DNA of 64,000 nt from contig CAYQWZ010000005.1 of the NCBI GenBank assembly GCA_964421635.1, forward strand, positions 2,748-66,747, given 5' to 3'. This document shows, piece by piece, positions 37,278 through 45,528 of the stretch. The notes under the pieces were generated by a model. That model was not told the origin of the DNA and searched no databases. It saw only the letters and a list, made by a program, of their open reading frames with translations. Within the stretch, counting starts at the first letter, position 1, and the number at the start of each line of letters is the position of its first letter. Position numbers and translations under genes: made by a program. The stretch is from an uncultured Candidatus Saccharibacteria bacterium. Its GTDB lineage: Bacteria; Patescibacteriota; UBA1384; CAILIB01; JAUSJZ01.

Positions 37278-37376
37278 AGTCTAATATTTATTACTTATAT
37301 CTTTATGAGTATATACCCATAACGATATTAAGTCAAAAACCTAAAAAGCCTAATTTGAATAAGGTCTAATTGGCTC

Positions 37377-37396
37377 CCTGCCTGCCGGCAGGCAGG
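37377..37396. repeat. GC-rich palindrome family copy 4: perfect 20-nt palindrome CCTGCCTGCCGGCAGGCAGG
   Basis: Identical to copy at 39188-39207 including 4 flanking nt (GCTC); lies 3' of gene 37484-38164; no adjacent T-run. Confidence 0.8.
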
Positions 37397-37483
37397 CTCA
37401 CCTTAGACGCTATTGGAACTTTTTCTCAACCCTAGGCTCCAATCGCTTTACGCAATTGAGAGCCGAGGTGTTGAGATCATGCC

Positions 37484-38164
37484 TCACCCCCTAAAGGCTT
37501 GATTAGCTATCTTACTGCCCAGATATGTTACTGCGTAGGCCTCGCCTGATTCTTCCGTATCACGTCGTTCTATCAAACCTTGGTTGAGTAGGAACCTTAA
37601 CAAGGCAACGATCCGATCTGCATCCATTTGTGATAGGTGCTGATCGATCAGGTTGGTTAACGGAACCACCCTCTCACTCAGTGACACAAGGATCTCAAAC
37701 CAGTCTGAGCAATGAATCATTCTGCCTAGCACATTAGAGGTGCCCCCTTTGAAATAGACAGAGATCAGTTCGCAGGTGGACTGAACACATCCAAGAAGTT
37801 GGATATATGACTCTGCCACAGACAGCTCAGCTGCTACAACCGTTAAGGAAATGGGAAGGAGCTCACGCTCTCTCAGCACACCAACGAACAAGTGAAGGAG
37901 CCTATCCAGTTCTTCGCGACGACCAAGCGCCATCCATTCTATCACGCGAAGAAAGAGCGTTTCTCTGATTGCGCGCACGGCACATACAGCAGCTTGATAC
38001 GGTTCTCCACCCTTGATCTCTCCGCTCCGTAGGAAGTCGATACTCTCTCCCACAAGAGTGGCTATATCCTCTGGCTGTGGCAACAATATCACATTGGCAC
38101 CTAACTCTCTCGCCCTGTTAACGAGCCTACGTTCCTCTTCAGTCATTTCGATTAGCTTCGTCAT
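37484..38164 (-). CDS. hypothetical protein, GC-elevated, possible C-terminal winged-helix
   Basis: 226-aa ORF; no homology recognised. Confidence 0.5.
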   Translation of the reverse strand: MTKLIEMTEEERRLVNRARELGANVILLPQPEDIATLVGESIDFLRSGEIKGGEPYQAAVCAVRAIRETLFLRVIEWMALGRREELDRLLHLFVGVLRERELLPISLTVVAAELSVAESYIQLLGCVQSTCELISVYFKGGTSNVLGRMIHCSDWFEILVSLSERVVPLTNLIDQHLSQMDADRIVALLRFLLNQGLIERRDTEESGEAYAVTYLGSKIANQAFRG

Positions 38165-38230
38165 GTCGCGCCTCCTAACAAGGAGTCTAGCAAAACGTTT
38201 ACTTTTGTCAACTATTCTTTACGATTATAT

Positions 38231-38259
38231 TGACTTTACAGGTTAATTATGTTACAATA
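38231..38259 (+). promoter_or_regulatory. sigma-70-like promoter TTGACT-17-TACAAT giving leaderless or near-leaderless transcript
   Basis: -10 hexamer ends 5 nt before the GTG start at 38265. Confidence 0.5.
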
Positions 38260-38264
38260 TTTAT

Positions 38265-39014
38265 GTGAAAAAGGAGGATATTCTTCAAAAACTTAATGCC
38301 TTGCACTTCAGTGATAGCGAGGCAAAAACATATATTGCCCTGCTTCAAATTGGACAAACTCCAGCAGGAAAAATCATTAAACGCACTAGTCTACACCGAG
38401 CTGTAGTATATGCGTCCTTAGACAAGCTCATCGATCGCCATCTGGTTATGAAGGTTGAGCGCGATCACATCGCTCATTTTCAGGCACTCTCATTGGAACG
38501 ACTCACTGACTACACTACCAACCTACAACAGCAAGCGAAAAGTCTCGTTAAAGAACTAAAGTACATCAGTAATGACGAACGACCTGAAATTGTCGTTTAT
38601 GAAGGACTGCGTGCTTACCAACAGTTTTGGCTTGAATCACTAGACCGTATGCCTGTTGGCAGCATTAATTATGTTGCCGGGTCGATTGGTGATACCTGGA
38701 ATGAACTGCTTGGCAGCAAATCAAAAGAGTACGTCAAACGACACTTGCAGCGTAAGATCATGTGGCAAATGATTGTGTACGATCGTAACCAAATCGACGA
38801 ACAGTTACGCGAGAAGTATCCAAAATATCATAACTATCGCTTAATTAAGCGACCTATGTCCCGTTTAGGAAATTTTAACTTAATGGGAGAGGAGACTGTA
38901 GTACTCCACTCCACTCAGGGGCCATTGGTTATCGAGGTTCGCAGCAAAGCCCTCTATGACGTCTTCAAAGATATCTTTGATCTAATGTGGGATTTTGGTA
39001 AGGAAATAAGATAG
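38265..39014 (+). CDS. TrmB-family transcriptional regulator
   Basis: N-terminal TrmB HTH (LHFSDSEAKTYIALLQIGQTPAGKIIKRTSLHRAVVYASLDKLIDRHLV), GTG start. Confidence 0.7.
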   Translation: MKKEDILQKLNALHFSDSEAKTYIALLQIGQTPAGKIIKRTSLHRAVVYASLDKLIDRHLVMKVERDHIAHFQALSLERLTDYTTNLQQQAKSLVKELKYISNDERPEIVVYEGLRAYQQFWLESLDRMPVGSINYVAGSIGDTWNELLGSKSKEYVKRHLQRKIMWQMIVYDRNQIDEQLREKYPKYHNYRLIKRPMSRLGNFNLMGEETVVLHSTQGPLVIEVRSKALYDVFKDIFDLMWDFGKEIR

Positions 39015-39065
39015 CCTTTCGAAAGAACGACTAAACCCCACCCACTTCATACTTTGTTCTAATTT

Positions 39066-39140
39066 TGGCTCCTGGGGTCGGATTCGAACCGACAACCTAG
39101 TGATTAACAGTCACTTGCTCTACCATTGAGCTACCCAGGA
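39066..39140 (-). tRNA. tRNA-Asn (anticodon GTT)
   Basis: Minus-strand 75-nt cloverleaf TCCTGGG-TA-GCTCAATGGTAGAGC-A-AGTGA-CTGTTAA-TCACT-AGGTT-GTCGGTTCGAATCCGAC-CCCAGGA-G-CCA; 7-bp acceptor, T-loop TTCGAAT, encoded CCA. Confidence 0.85.
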
Positions 39141-39176
39141 TTAAATTGTTTGATCCATTCTCTTCCTTCACCACAT

Positions 39177-39227
39177 GTCACTTGCTCCCTGCCTGCCGGC
39201 AGGCAGGTACCATTGAGCTACCCAGGA
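39177..39227 (-). repeat. duplicated 5' fragment of tRNA-Asn (acceptor 5' strand + D-arm + start of anticodon stem) interrupted by the 20-nt palindrome
   Basis: Minus strand reads TCCTGGGTAGCTCAATGGTA-[CCTGCCTGCCGGCAGGCAGG]-GAGCAAGTGAC, identical to tRNA positions 1-20 and 21-31, then diverges; lies 37 nt upstream of the intact tRNA. Confidence 0.8.
39188..39207. repeat. GC-rich palindrome family copy 5 (perfect 20-mer) inserted in tRNA-Asn fragment
   Basis: CCTGCCTGCCGGCAGGCAGG, identical to 37377-37396. Confidence 0.8.
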
Positions 39228-39299
39228 TCAAATTTTGTGTAGCCAAAAAATTTTGACTACTTCTGAAATTTACCAGAACTAGCCAAATATTTCAACCTT

Positions 39300-39623
39300 T
39301 TAAGCGCGAACTGCTAACCCGTAGGCCAACAGATATTTCTTTAAAGATTCAGGATTTGTCTTTGGCTGGGGACTATCTTCGTCAGCAAAATCAGATATTA
39401 AATTTTGCAGAGTGCGTAGTTCAGCCATATATTGTATGTTTTTTGAGTCGTCTCTTGTCTTGGCAACTAATTCAAGCGCTCTTTCAGCTGCATTTTGCGC
39501 CAATTCAGCCTTCTTTTTCTTCTGCCAAGAGAACATTCGACTTACCTCACTGCCAATGTTAGCCATCTGCTCATAAATTGTTAGCTCTTCCCACTTTTTC
39601 ATTTCAAATTTATTCTTCGTCAA
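39300..39623 (-). CDS. hypothetical helical protein
   Basis: 107-aa ORF; no confident homology. Confidence 0.45.
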   Translation of the reverse strand: MTKNKFEMKKWEELTIYEQMANIGSEVSRMFSWQKKKKAELAQNAAERALELVAKTRDDSKNIQYMAELRTLQNLISDFADEDSPQPKTNPESLKKYLLAYGLAVRA

Positions 39624-39917
39624 TTATTAATTCATTAACAATATCTGTAATATCTTGTCGTATTTTTTTATCCTTTATATTCATGCTAAGGTTTTCGCCT
39701 GATCGAATATTAATAAGTGAATCGAACTCTAACCGTTCTGTTTTGGGCAAATCAGGATAAATATTAAAACCCCACAAATCCTTCGATTTAGAACCTTTTT
39801 GAAGAAGGATTGCCTCAGAATCTGAATGCATACCACCGCTTTGACCATATCACCAAAAGTCTCTTCGGCAGCCTTTTTTATCACCGATAATTTAATCGGA
39901 TTTTCAATCATTTTCAT
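39610..39917 (-). pseudogene. two overlapping ORFs in different frames (39729-39917 and 39610-39831): possible frameshifted small gene with acidic C-terminus
   Basis: Frame A: MKMIENPIKLSVIKKAAEETFGDMVKAVV..; frame B continues ..HSDSEAILLQKGSKSKDLWGF....DITDIVNELIIDEE; frames switch near 39830. Confidence 0.3.
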
Positions 39918-40007
39918 ACTACTAAATTACCACAGGAATAGCGCTCACTTAAAAAATAAAATATTAATACAAATGGTAAACTAGTAATAAGTTCTAATGT
40001 TTATTAT

Positions 40008-40466
40008 ATGAAAAAATTCAAATGGTTATGGTGGTTGTTGCTACTGTTAGTATTATTTCTAGGATGGATATCATATTTAGCTAATCAAAAAAATATCAAT
40101 TTCTTTTCCGAGTTTGAACAAACCGTCAAAACTAATATAAATGAATCAGTCGAAGTGATTGTATTCGACTCCGAGACTAAAGAGCCAAGATCTGGAATCC
40201 GGGTGTCGAACAGCGCTCCTAGCCCATCATGTAAAGCTCTCCAAGGTCTTAACCCTTGTGGAGAGGGAGACCCCAATCAATACGATGAAGATAGAACTGA
40301 TGAAAACGGTAGAGCCAAGGTGACTTTGTACATAACAGACAAAAACCGAGAACAAGGCTATACAACCATTTCAGTAGGAGGAAGCTCTTATCATGAAGAT
40401 CAAGCAGTTAAAATTTATCTAGATAATATCCAATCACCAATCAAGGTGATCTTACAACGAAAATAA
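40008..40466 (+). CDS. secreted hypothetical protein
   Basis: 152 aa, signal peptide/anchor (WWLLLLLVLFLGWISYLA). Confidence 0.55.
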   Translation: MKKFKWLWWLLLLLVLFLGWISYLANQKNINFFSEFEQTVKTNINESVEVIVFDSETKEPRSGIRVSNSAPSPSCKALQGLNPCGEGDPNQYDEDRTDENGRAKVTLYITDKNREQGYTTISVGGSSYHEDQAVKIYLDNIQSPIKVILQRK

Positions 40467-40477
40467 ATATTATATTT

Positions 40478-40822
40478 TTATGCCACCAAGAACTCTAAAT
40501 ATCCTAACTCAGCAGTAGATAAATTGGCGAATATTGCCTGAGCAGTAGCCTCTGTTTCATCTTCGTCTAACTTGGCATCATAAAGATGAATCATCTCATG
40601 AAGGATTGTTATAACTCTTTCGTTTATTGGTAATAGTTGATTAATAAAGATCTCGTTCTGATCTGGAATAATAAGACCACGAACTTTGCAGCTAGCGCGC
40701 TTAAGATTAATCTCATAGCCAGATTGCACCAAAGCTTTGGTTAACTGATTGAGTTGAATTGTTCGAGCCCCTGCCTTTTTCATAAATTGAATGATTATAC
40801 CCAAATAAAAGGGGTTTTGCAA
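40478..40822 (-). CDS. hypothetical protein with HExxH motif (ImmA/IrrE-like metallopeptidase motif ILHEMIHLY)
   Basis: 114-aa ORF; single HEMIH motif; assignment weak. Confidence 0.35.
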   Translation of the reverse strand: MQNPFYLGIIIQFMKKAGARTIQLNQLTKALVQSGYEINLKRASCKVRGLIIPDQNEIFINQLLPINERVITILHEMIHLYDAKLDEDETEATAQAIFANLSTAELGYLEFLVA

Positions 40823-40877
40823 CGCAATTAAAAAAGAGCATATAGATATTACGCTCTCTTACTTTTTATTACAATTA

Positions 40878-43349
40878 TTATATAAATTCATCCAATTCGG
40901 CGCGAGCTTCGGCTAGGTGTCGCCCCTCTTCATCCATAGCGTGTTCAACTAATAGGCGTTTTTCAATAGAGGCAATTAGTTTACGGGTAGCTACTACACG
41001 GTCGGGCGAGACGGATACTGAAGTAGCACCGGCGCGAACCAATGTTTCCACCACTTCAGCGTAATCTGAAGCAGCTTGGCCACAGATCGAGCAGGTAACA
41101 TTGTGTTCGCGGCAGGTTCTAGCTATATGCTCTATTGAAGCTAGCACCGCCGGATCACGCTCGTCAAAATCAGCAGCTAAAGTTGAATTGTCTCGGTCGA
41201 CTCCTAAAGTTAGCTGGGTTAAATCGTTTGAGCCAATAGAAACGCCGTCAATTCCCATTTTGCAAAACTCGTCCATCAAAATTGCCACCGCTGGAACTTC
41301 GGCCATAATCCATAATTTGAAGTCATCCCCTCGCTTGAGCTCTGACTTTTCTATTAATACTTTAATGGCATTTAGCTCATCAATTGTGCGCACAAATGGA
41401 ATCATCAACCAAACATTGTTTAAACCTTTTTTATCGCGCACATATTTGATAGCCTCTAGCTCTAACGCGAATTCTTCAGGCTGTCTAATGTAGCGCGAAG
41501 CACCGCGAAAACCAATCATTGGGTTAGCCTCTTCTTTTTCAAAGTTTTCGCCACCTTTCAAATGTGCGTATTCGTTTGTTTTAAAATCAGTAGCTCGGTA
41601 AATTACGGGTCGCGGCGCGAAAGCGTTAGCCATTTTATAAATTCCATCAGCCAGTTTTTCAACATACTCTTTAGATCGGCCTTCTTTAATCATGGCCATA
41701 GGATGCTCGCCGATTCCAGTAATAATGAATTCGGCTCGCATTAATCCTACTCCATCTGCTGGTAGTAAGGCTGTTTCTTCCGCGATATCTGGTTCACCTA
41801 AATTGACATAGACTTTTGTACCTGTCGCGGGCACCACTGTATGATAAGCCGCACTTCCCGTAAGCTCATTTGGCGCCTGACCATTTTTCATAGCCATCGC
41901 TTTTTTCTGCCCACCGTGTGATCCTTCTATTTTGCCTTTGAACACGGTGCCGTCATGGCCGTCGACTGAAATCATCATGCCGTCTTTCAAAACAGATGTG
42001 GCTGTGCCCGAGCCAACTACACAAGGAATTCCCAGTTCACGCGACACAATTGCCGCGTGTGAAGTTTTGCCACCTGTATCAGTAACAATAGCTACTGCCT
42101 TTTTCATCGCCGGCACAAAATCTGGCGTGGTCATTTCAGTTACCAAAACTTCTCCAGCGTTAATTTTATCTATTTCATCTGGCGAATGGATTATCTTAAC
42201 CGGACCAGCCGCCATACCAATAGAAGCGCCAATTCCATTTAATAAAATCTCAGCTTTACCCTCAGCAACTTCTTTGGCATTAGTTGTTGCTTGCTCCGCC
42301 CCTGTTTGCTCATTACTTAAGGTGGTGCCATCTTCAACTTTGGCGCCACCCGCAATAGCTGCAGTAGTTTTTCCTAAAGTAGTAATTGGACGGGTTTGAA
42401 CAATAAATACGCGCCCATTCTCAACAGCAAACTCACAATCTTGCGGAAAATTATAATGTTTATCAAGCACAATACCAATTTTTGCCGTTTCAATAATTAA
42501 ATCATCTGATAGTTTCTGAGTTGATCCTTCTTCTTTAGAAAGCTTTATATGCTTGTTTTCGCCCTGAACTTTAGCAATTTTCCACAGCTGCTCATGAATC
42601 TCTTTTTTAACAATCTTTAGCGATTTTTTATCTACATGATACTCATCTGGCGTCACAGAGCCTGAAACAATTGCTTCTCCTAATCCTAACCCAGCTTCAA
42701 TAACAACTACCGTCTCATCATTAGCCATTGGGTCAGCCGTGAACATTATGCCCGACACATCTGACTGCACCATCATTTGCACCGGAACCGCCAGCGCCAC
42801 CTTAGAATGATCAAATCCGTTCACTTGCCGATAATAAATTGAGCGAGCTTCAAATAAGGATGCGAAACAGCGCTTGGTAGCGTCAACCACCTCAGCGTCA
42901 CCTTGAATATTTAAATAAGTCGCTTGCTGCCCTGCGAAAGAGGCTTCGGGTAAATCTTCCGCCGTAGCTGATGAGCGCACCGCCACCAAAGCGCCATCTG
43001 GTCGCATAGCTTCTTCAGAAAGTTCATGATAAGCATCAATGATATTTTTTTCTAAATCTGGTGGAATTGGCGCCTTCAGTACTTTTTCCTTAATAATCTT
43101 AGATAAACTTTTTAATCGTTTGGTATCTTCTTGGTCTAAATCTTTAAGCTCCTTAGCGATTAGCTTGTCGAGCTTATTCTTTTTCATAAAATAAAAATAG
43201 GCGCTGGCTGAGACTATAAAACCAGGTGGAACAGGAAGTTTACTCTTAGTCATCTCACCCAAATTTGCACCCTTGCCGCCAACTTGCGGAATTGAGTCGT
43301 GGTCTACCTCAGTAAACCGATAAATATACTTTTCTTGCGCCACTTTCAA
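40878..43349 (-). CDS. ppsA: phosphoenolpyruvate synthase (pyruvate, water dikinase)
   Basis: 823 aa; N-terminal PPDK_N ATP-grasp, phospho-His domain GGKTSHAAIVSRELGIPCVVG, C-terminal PEP-utilising TIM barrel with SIGSNDLTQLTLGVDRDN. Confidence 0.8.
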   Translation of the reverse strand: MKVAQEKYIYRFTEVDHDSIPQVGGKGANLGEMTKSKLPVPPGFIVSASAYFYFMKKNKLDKLIAKELKDLDQEDTKRLKSLSKIIKEKVLKAPIPPDLEKNIIDAYHELSEEAMRPDGALVAVRSSATAEDLPEASFAGQQATYLNIQGDAEVVDATKRCFASLFEARSIYYRQVNGFDHSKVALAVPVQMMVQSDVSGIMFTADPMANDETVVVIEAGLGLGEAIVSGSVTPDEYHVDKKSLKIVKKEIHEQLWKIAKVQGENKHIKLSKEEGSTQKLSDDLIIETAKIGIVLDKHYNFPQDCEFAVENGRVFIVQTRPITTLGKTTAAIAGGAKVEDGTTLSNEQTGAEQATTNAKEVAEGKAEILLNGIGASIGMAAGPVKIIHSPDEIDKINAGEVLVTEMTTPDFVPAMKKAVAIVTDTGGKTSHAAIVSRELGIPCVVGSGTATSVLKDGMMISVDGHDGTVFKGKIEGSHGGQKKAMAMKNGQAPNELTGSAAYHTVVPATGTKVYVNLGEPDIAEETALLPADGVGLMRAEFIITGIGEHPMAMIKEGRSKEYVEKLADGIYKMANAFAPRPVIYRATDFKTNEYAHLKGGENFEKEEANPMIGFRGASRYIRQPEEFALELEAIKYVRDKKGLNNVWLMIPFVRTIDELNAIKVLIEKSELKRGDDFKLWIMAEVPAVAILMDEFCKMGIDGVSIGSNDLTQLTLGVDRDNSTLAADFDERDPAVLASIEHIARTCREHNVTCSICGQAASDYAEVVETLVRAGATSVSVSPDRVVATRKLIASIEKRLLVEHAMDEEGRHLAEARAELDEFI

Positions 43350-43491
43350 CCTCCTTTAATATTGTGTATTCATTGTAACAAATTTTTTATCCTTCATACC
43401 TTATATTTGGCACAATCTTCTTGACACTATCTAATTATTTTGCTAGAAATGTATAGTCACGATATGCTAGTAACTGAGAAAGGAGGACACC

Positions 43492-43728
43492 TTGAGTCTG
43501 CCGCCGGCCAATATTCTCGTCATCGTCGTCTCGGCTTCATACCTTCTTTGGTACGCTCTGTGCGTACATCGAAGGATATCCGTATCGGCCAGCTTCAATA
43601 GGCCAGTGATTGACCCAAGCTCGGATCAAATGGTCTATCCTGGCACTATTGGGGAAATGCCATCTGGTTCTAGCCAACCGCTACCACCAAACACACGAGT
43701 TTGTAGAGGTCCCGACCCCTTCGCCTAA
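43492..43728 (+). CDS. small GC-rich membrane-anchored hypothetical protein (TTG start)
   Basis: RBS AAAGGAGGA 7 nt before TTG; one TM helix; followed by strong terminator; region ~52% GC. Confidence 0.45.
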   Translation: MSLPPANILVIVVSASYLLWYALCVHRRISVSASFNRPVIDPSSDQMVYPGTIGEMPSGSSQPLPPNTRVCRGPDPFA

Positions 43729-43802
43729 GTTCGCCACGAGACAGTGACGAACGAGCCTTAGTTGATCTGCGCCCACCAATCGCAGACATCAAGGTTCACA
43801 CG

Positions 43803-43832
43803 AGCGCCGGTTTTCGAGCCGGCGCTTTTTTA
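43803..43832 (+). terminator. intrinsic terminator
   Basis: AGCGCCGG-ttttcgag-CCGGCGCT followed by T6. Confidence 0.7.
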
Positions 43833-44405
43833 TTTCAGGCGAATAGATAAAACTAAATCGTAGACAATATTTGGAGAAAACCCTCGGCGAGCAAGTTTGC
43901 TGGCCAATCTGTTTTTATCTTTATCTGTTTTTATTTCATACTTTTCTGAAAATTTTTTTACAATAGTTTGAGCCAATCTTTTATCTACAGAATCTTTGCT
44001 ATTATATTGAAGACCAATCTCTTCTGACCACTTTTTTGTCTGCCGATACTCTAAAATATTTTCTATAGTATTTTTGGTAATTCCTTTCTCTTGCAGCTCT
44101 TGATGCAACAGATATTCACCCCGCGGAGATAAGCGGTCGCGAAAGCGTACCCAATCTTTGACAAAACGAGTATCATCTAAAATTTTAACTTTCGTTAGTT
44201 GCTCAACGACTGAATTAATTTCATTTGCATTATACTTCAATTGCTGTAACTTTTTAACCACTTCCATAGCCGAGCGCGGCCGATATTTAATAAAATTAAG
44301 CGCCCTTGTCAATGCCTTATCTTCAGCAGATTTAGCAACTCTTTTTGGTTTAGTCTCGCTCTTTTTTGCTTGTAGCAAATTGGAGTACCTGTTTTTGAAT
44401 TTCAC
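43830..44405 (-). CDS. recX: recombination regulator RecX
   Basis: RecX helical repeat signatures ([15 protein letters not shown].., ..[18 protein letters not shown]..); directly downstream of recA; annotated start overlaps recA by 56 nt, true start may be internal. Confidence 0.75.
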   Translation of the reverse strand: MKFKNRYSNLLQAKKSETKPKRVAKSAEDKALTRALNFIKYRPRSAMEVVKKLQQLKYNANEINSVVEQLTKVKILDDTRFVKDWVRFRDRLSPRGEYLLHQELQEKGITKNTIENILEYRQTKKWSEEIGLQYNSKDSVDKRLAQTIVKKFSEKYEIKTDKDKNRLASKLARRGFSPNIVYDLVLSIRLK

Positions 44406-45399
44406 CAGCTATTTTGCTGTTATCTTTTAGAAATTTGCGTGCCTGTTCTTTACCTTGCCCTAACTGCTTCTCACCATAGGTAAACCAAGAACCAGATTTA
44501 TTGACCACCCCCGCTAATACTCCCATATCAATTAAGTCACCTTCACGAGAAATTCCTTCACTAAATATTAGATCAAACTCAGCTTTTCTAAACGGCGGCG
44601 CAATTTTATTCTTCACTACCTTAATTCGAATACGATTTCCTACCACTTCATCACCTTCTTTTAATTGCTCAATGCGACGAATATCTAGTCGCAAACTAGC
44701 GTAAAACTTCAGCGCGTTACCCCCCGAAGTAGTCTCAGGATTACCAAACATCACTCCAATTTTCATACGAATCTGGTTAATAAAGATAACTGTTGTTTTA
44801 GACTTTGAAACCGCAGCTGTAAGTTTTCGCAAAGCTTGGCTCATCAAACGAGCCTGTACTCCAACCATAGCCGCCCCCATCTCTCCTTCTATTTCTGCCC
44901 GTGGCACTAAAGCGGCGACTGAATCGATTACCACAATGTCTACTGCGTTAGAGCGCACCAGTGTCTCTGTAATTTCTAAGGCCTGCTCGCCTGAGTCGGG
45001 TTGACTAACTAGCATAGAGTCTAAATCTACCCCGAGCATTTTGGCGTATTCAGGATCAAGTGCGTGCTCAGCATCAACGAAAGCTGCCACTCCACCTTTC
45101 TTTTGTACTTGAGCAATCATATGAATAGCAATGGTTGTTTTACCCGATGACTCTGGCCCATAAATTTCCATCACCCGACCACGCGGAATTCCACCACCCA
45201 AAGCTAAATCTAGGGACACTATATTAGTAGGAATAAGTTCAATATTAGAGTTATGCCCGTTACTCATAGTCATAATAGAGCCCGAACCGAACTGCTTTTC
45301 AATGCTCGAAAGAGCCATCTCAAGTGCCTGTTTCTTACCCGACGCTTCTTTAGAAACGGTGGCAGTTTTTGTCTTTAAGGATTTCTTACTTGGAGCCAT
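44350..45399 (-). CDS. recA: recombinase RecA
   Basis: Walker [11 protein letters not shown]1/L2 loops and canonical RecA core throughout. Confidence 0.95.
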   Translation of the reverse strand: MAPSKKSLKTKTATVSKEASGKKQALEMALSSIEKQFGSGSIMTMSNGHNSNIELIPTNIVSLDLALGGGIPRGRVMEIYGPESSGKTTIAIHMIAQVQKKGGVAAFVDAEHALDPEYAKMLGVDLDSMLVSQPDSGEQALEITETLVRSNAVDIVVIDSVAALVPRAEIEGEMGAAMVGVQARLMSQALRKLTAAVSKSKTTVIFINQIRMKIGVMFGNPETTSGGNALKFYASLRLDIRRIEQLKEGDEVVGNRIRIKVVKNKIAPPFRKAEFDLIFSEGISREGDLIDMGVLAGVVNKSGSWFTYGEKQLGQGKEQARKFLKDNSKIAGEIQKQVLQFATSKKERD

Positions 45400-45484
45400 A
45401 AAAATTTAGTTAGTTAATTTGCTTGACTAACTCATTATAGCAAGACCGAACATTAACCAAACATTAATCTTGTGGACAATTAAA

Positions 45485-45510
45485 TAATCCTAATGTCATA
45501 ATTAGGATTA
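45485..45510. repeat. AT-rich perfect inverted repeat TAATCCTAAT-gtcata-ATTAGGATTA between rodZ-like and recA
   Basis: 10-bp arms, 6-nt spacer; could be a weak terminator of the upstream gene or an operator. Confidence 0.5.
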
Positions 45511-45528
45511 AACTACTAAACTCGTTTT

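Noticed and set aside
30504-39207. CRISPR array or integron cassette array as explanation for the recurring palindromes
   Set aside because: Repeats are 1-3 kb apart, not regularly spaced, differ in length and separate whole genes; no cas genes or intI integrase and no attC-like R'/R'' core sites; several copies behave as ordinary terminators
39066-39228. Classical tRNA-targeted integrative element with 3'-end direct repeat
   Set aside because: The duplicated segment is the 5' part of the tRNA and lies only 37 nt away with no intervening island, and no integrase is present; reported instead as an unusual repeat scar
41101-42399. Plus-strand ORFs inside ppsA (41101-41493, 41932-42399 etc.)
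   Set aside because: Antisense to a well-supported 823-aa PEP synthase gene; no RBS; low-complexity translations
43440-43830. tmRNA, RNase P RNA or SRP RNA in the GC-rich intergenic region between ppsA and recX
   Set aside because: No tRNA-like T-arm, P4 helix or SRP domain-IV consensus visible; the segment is explained by a small ORF with strong RBS plus terminator
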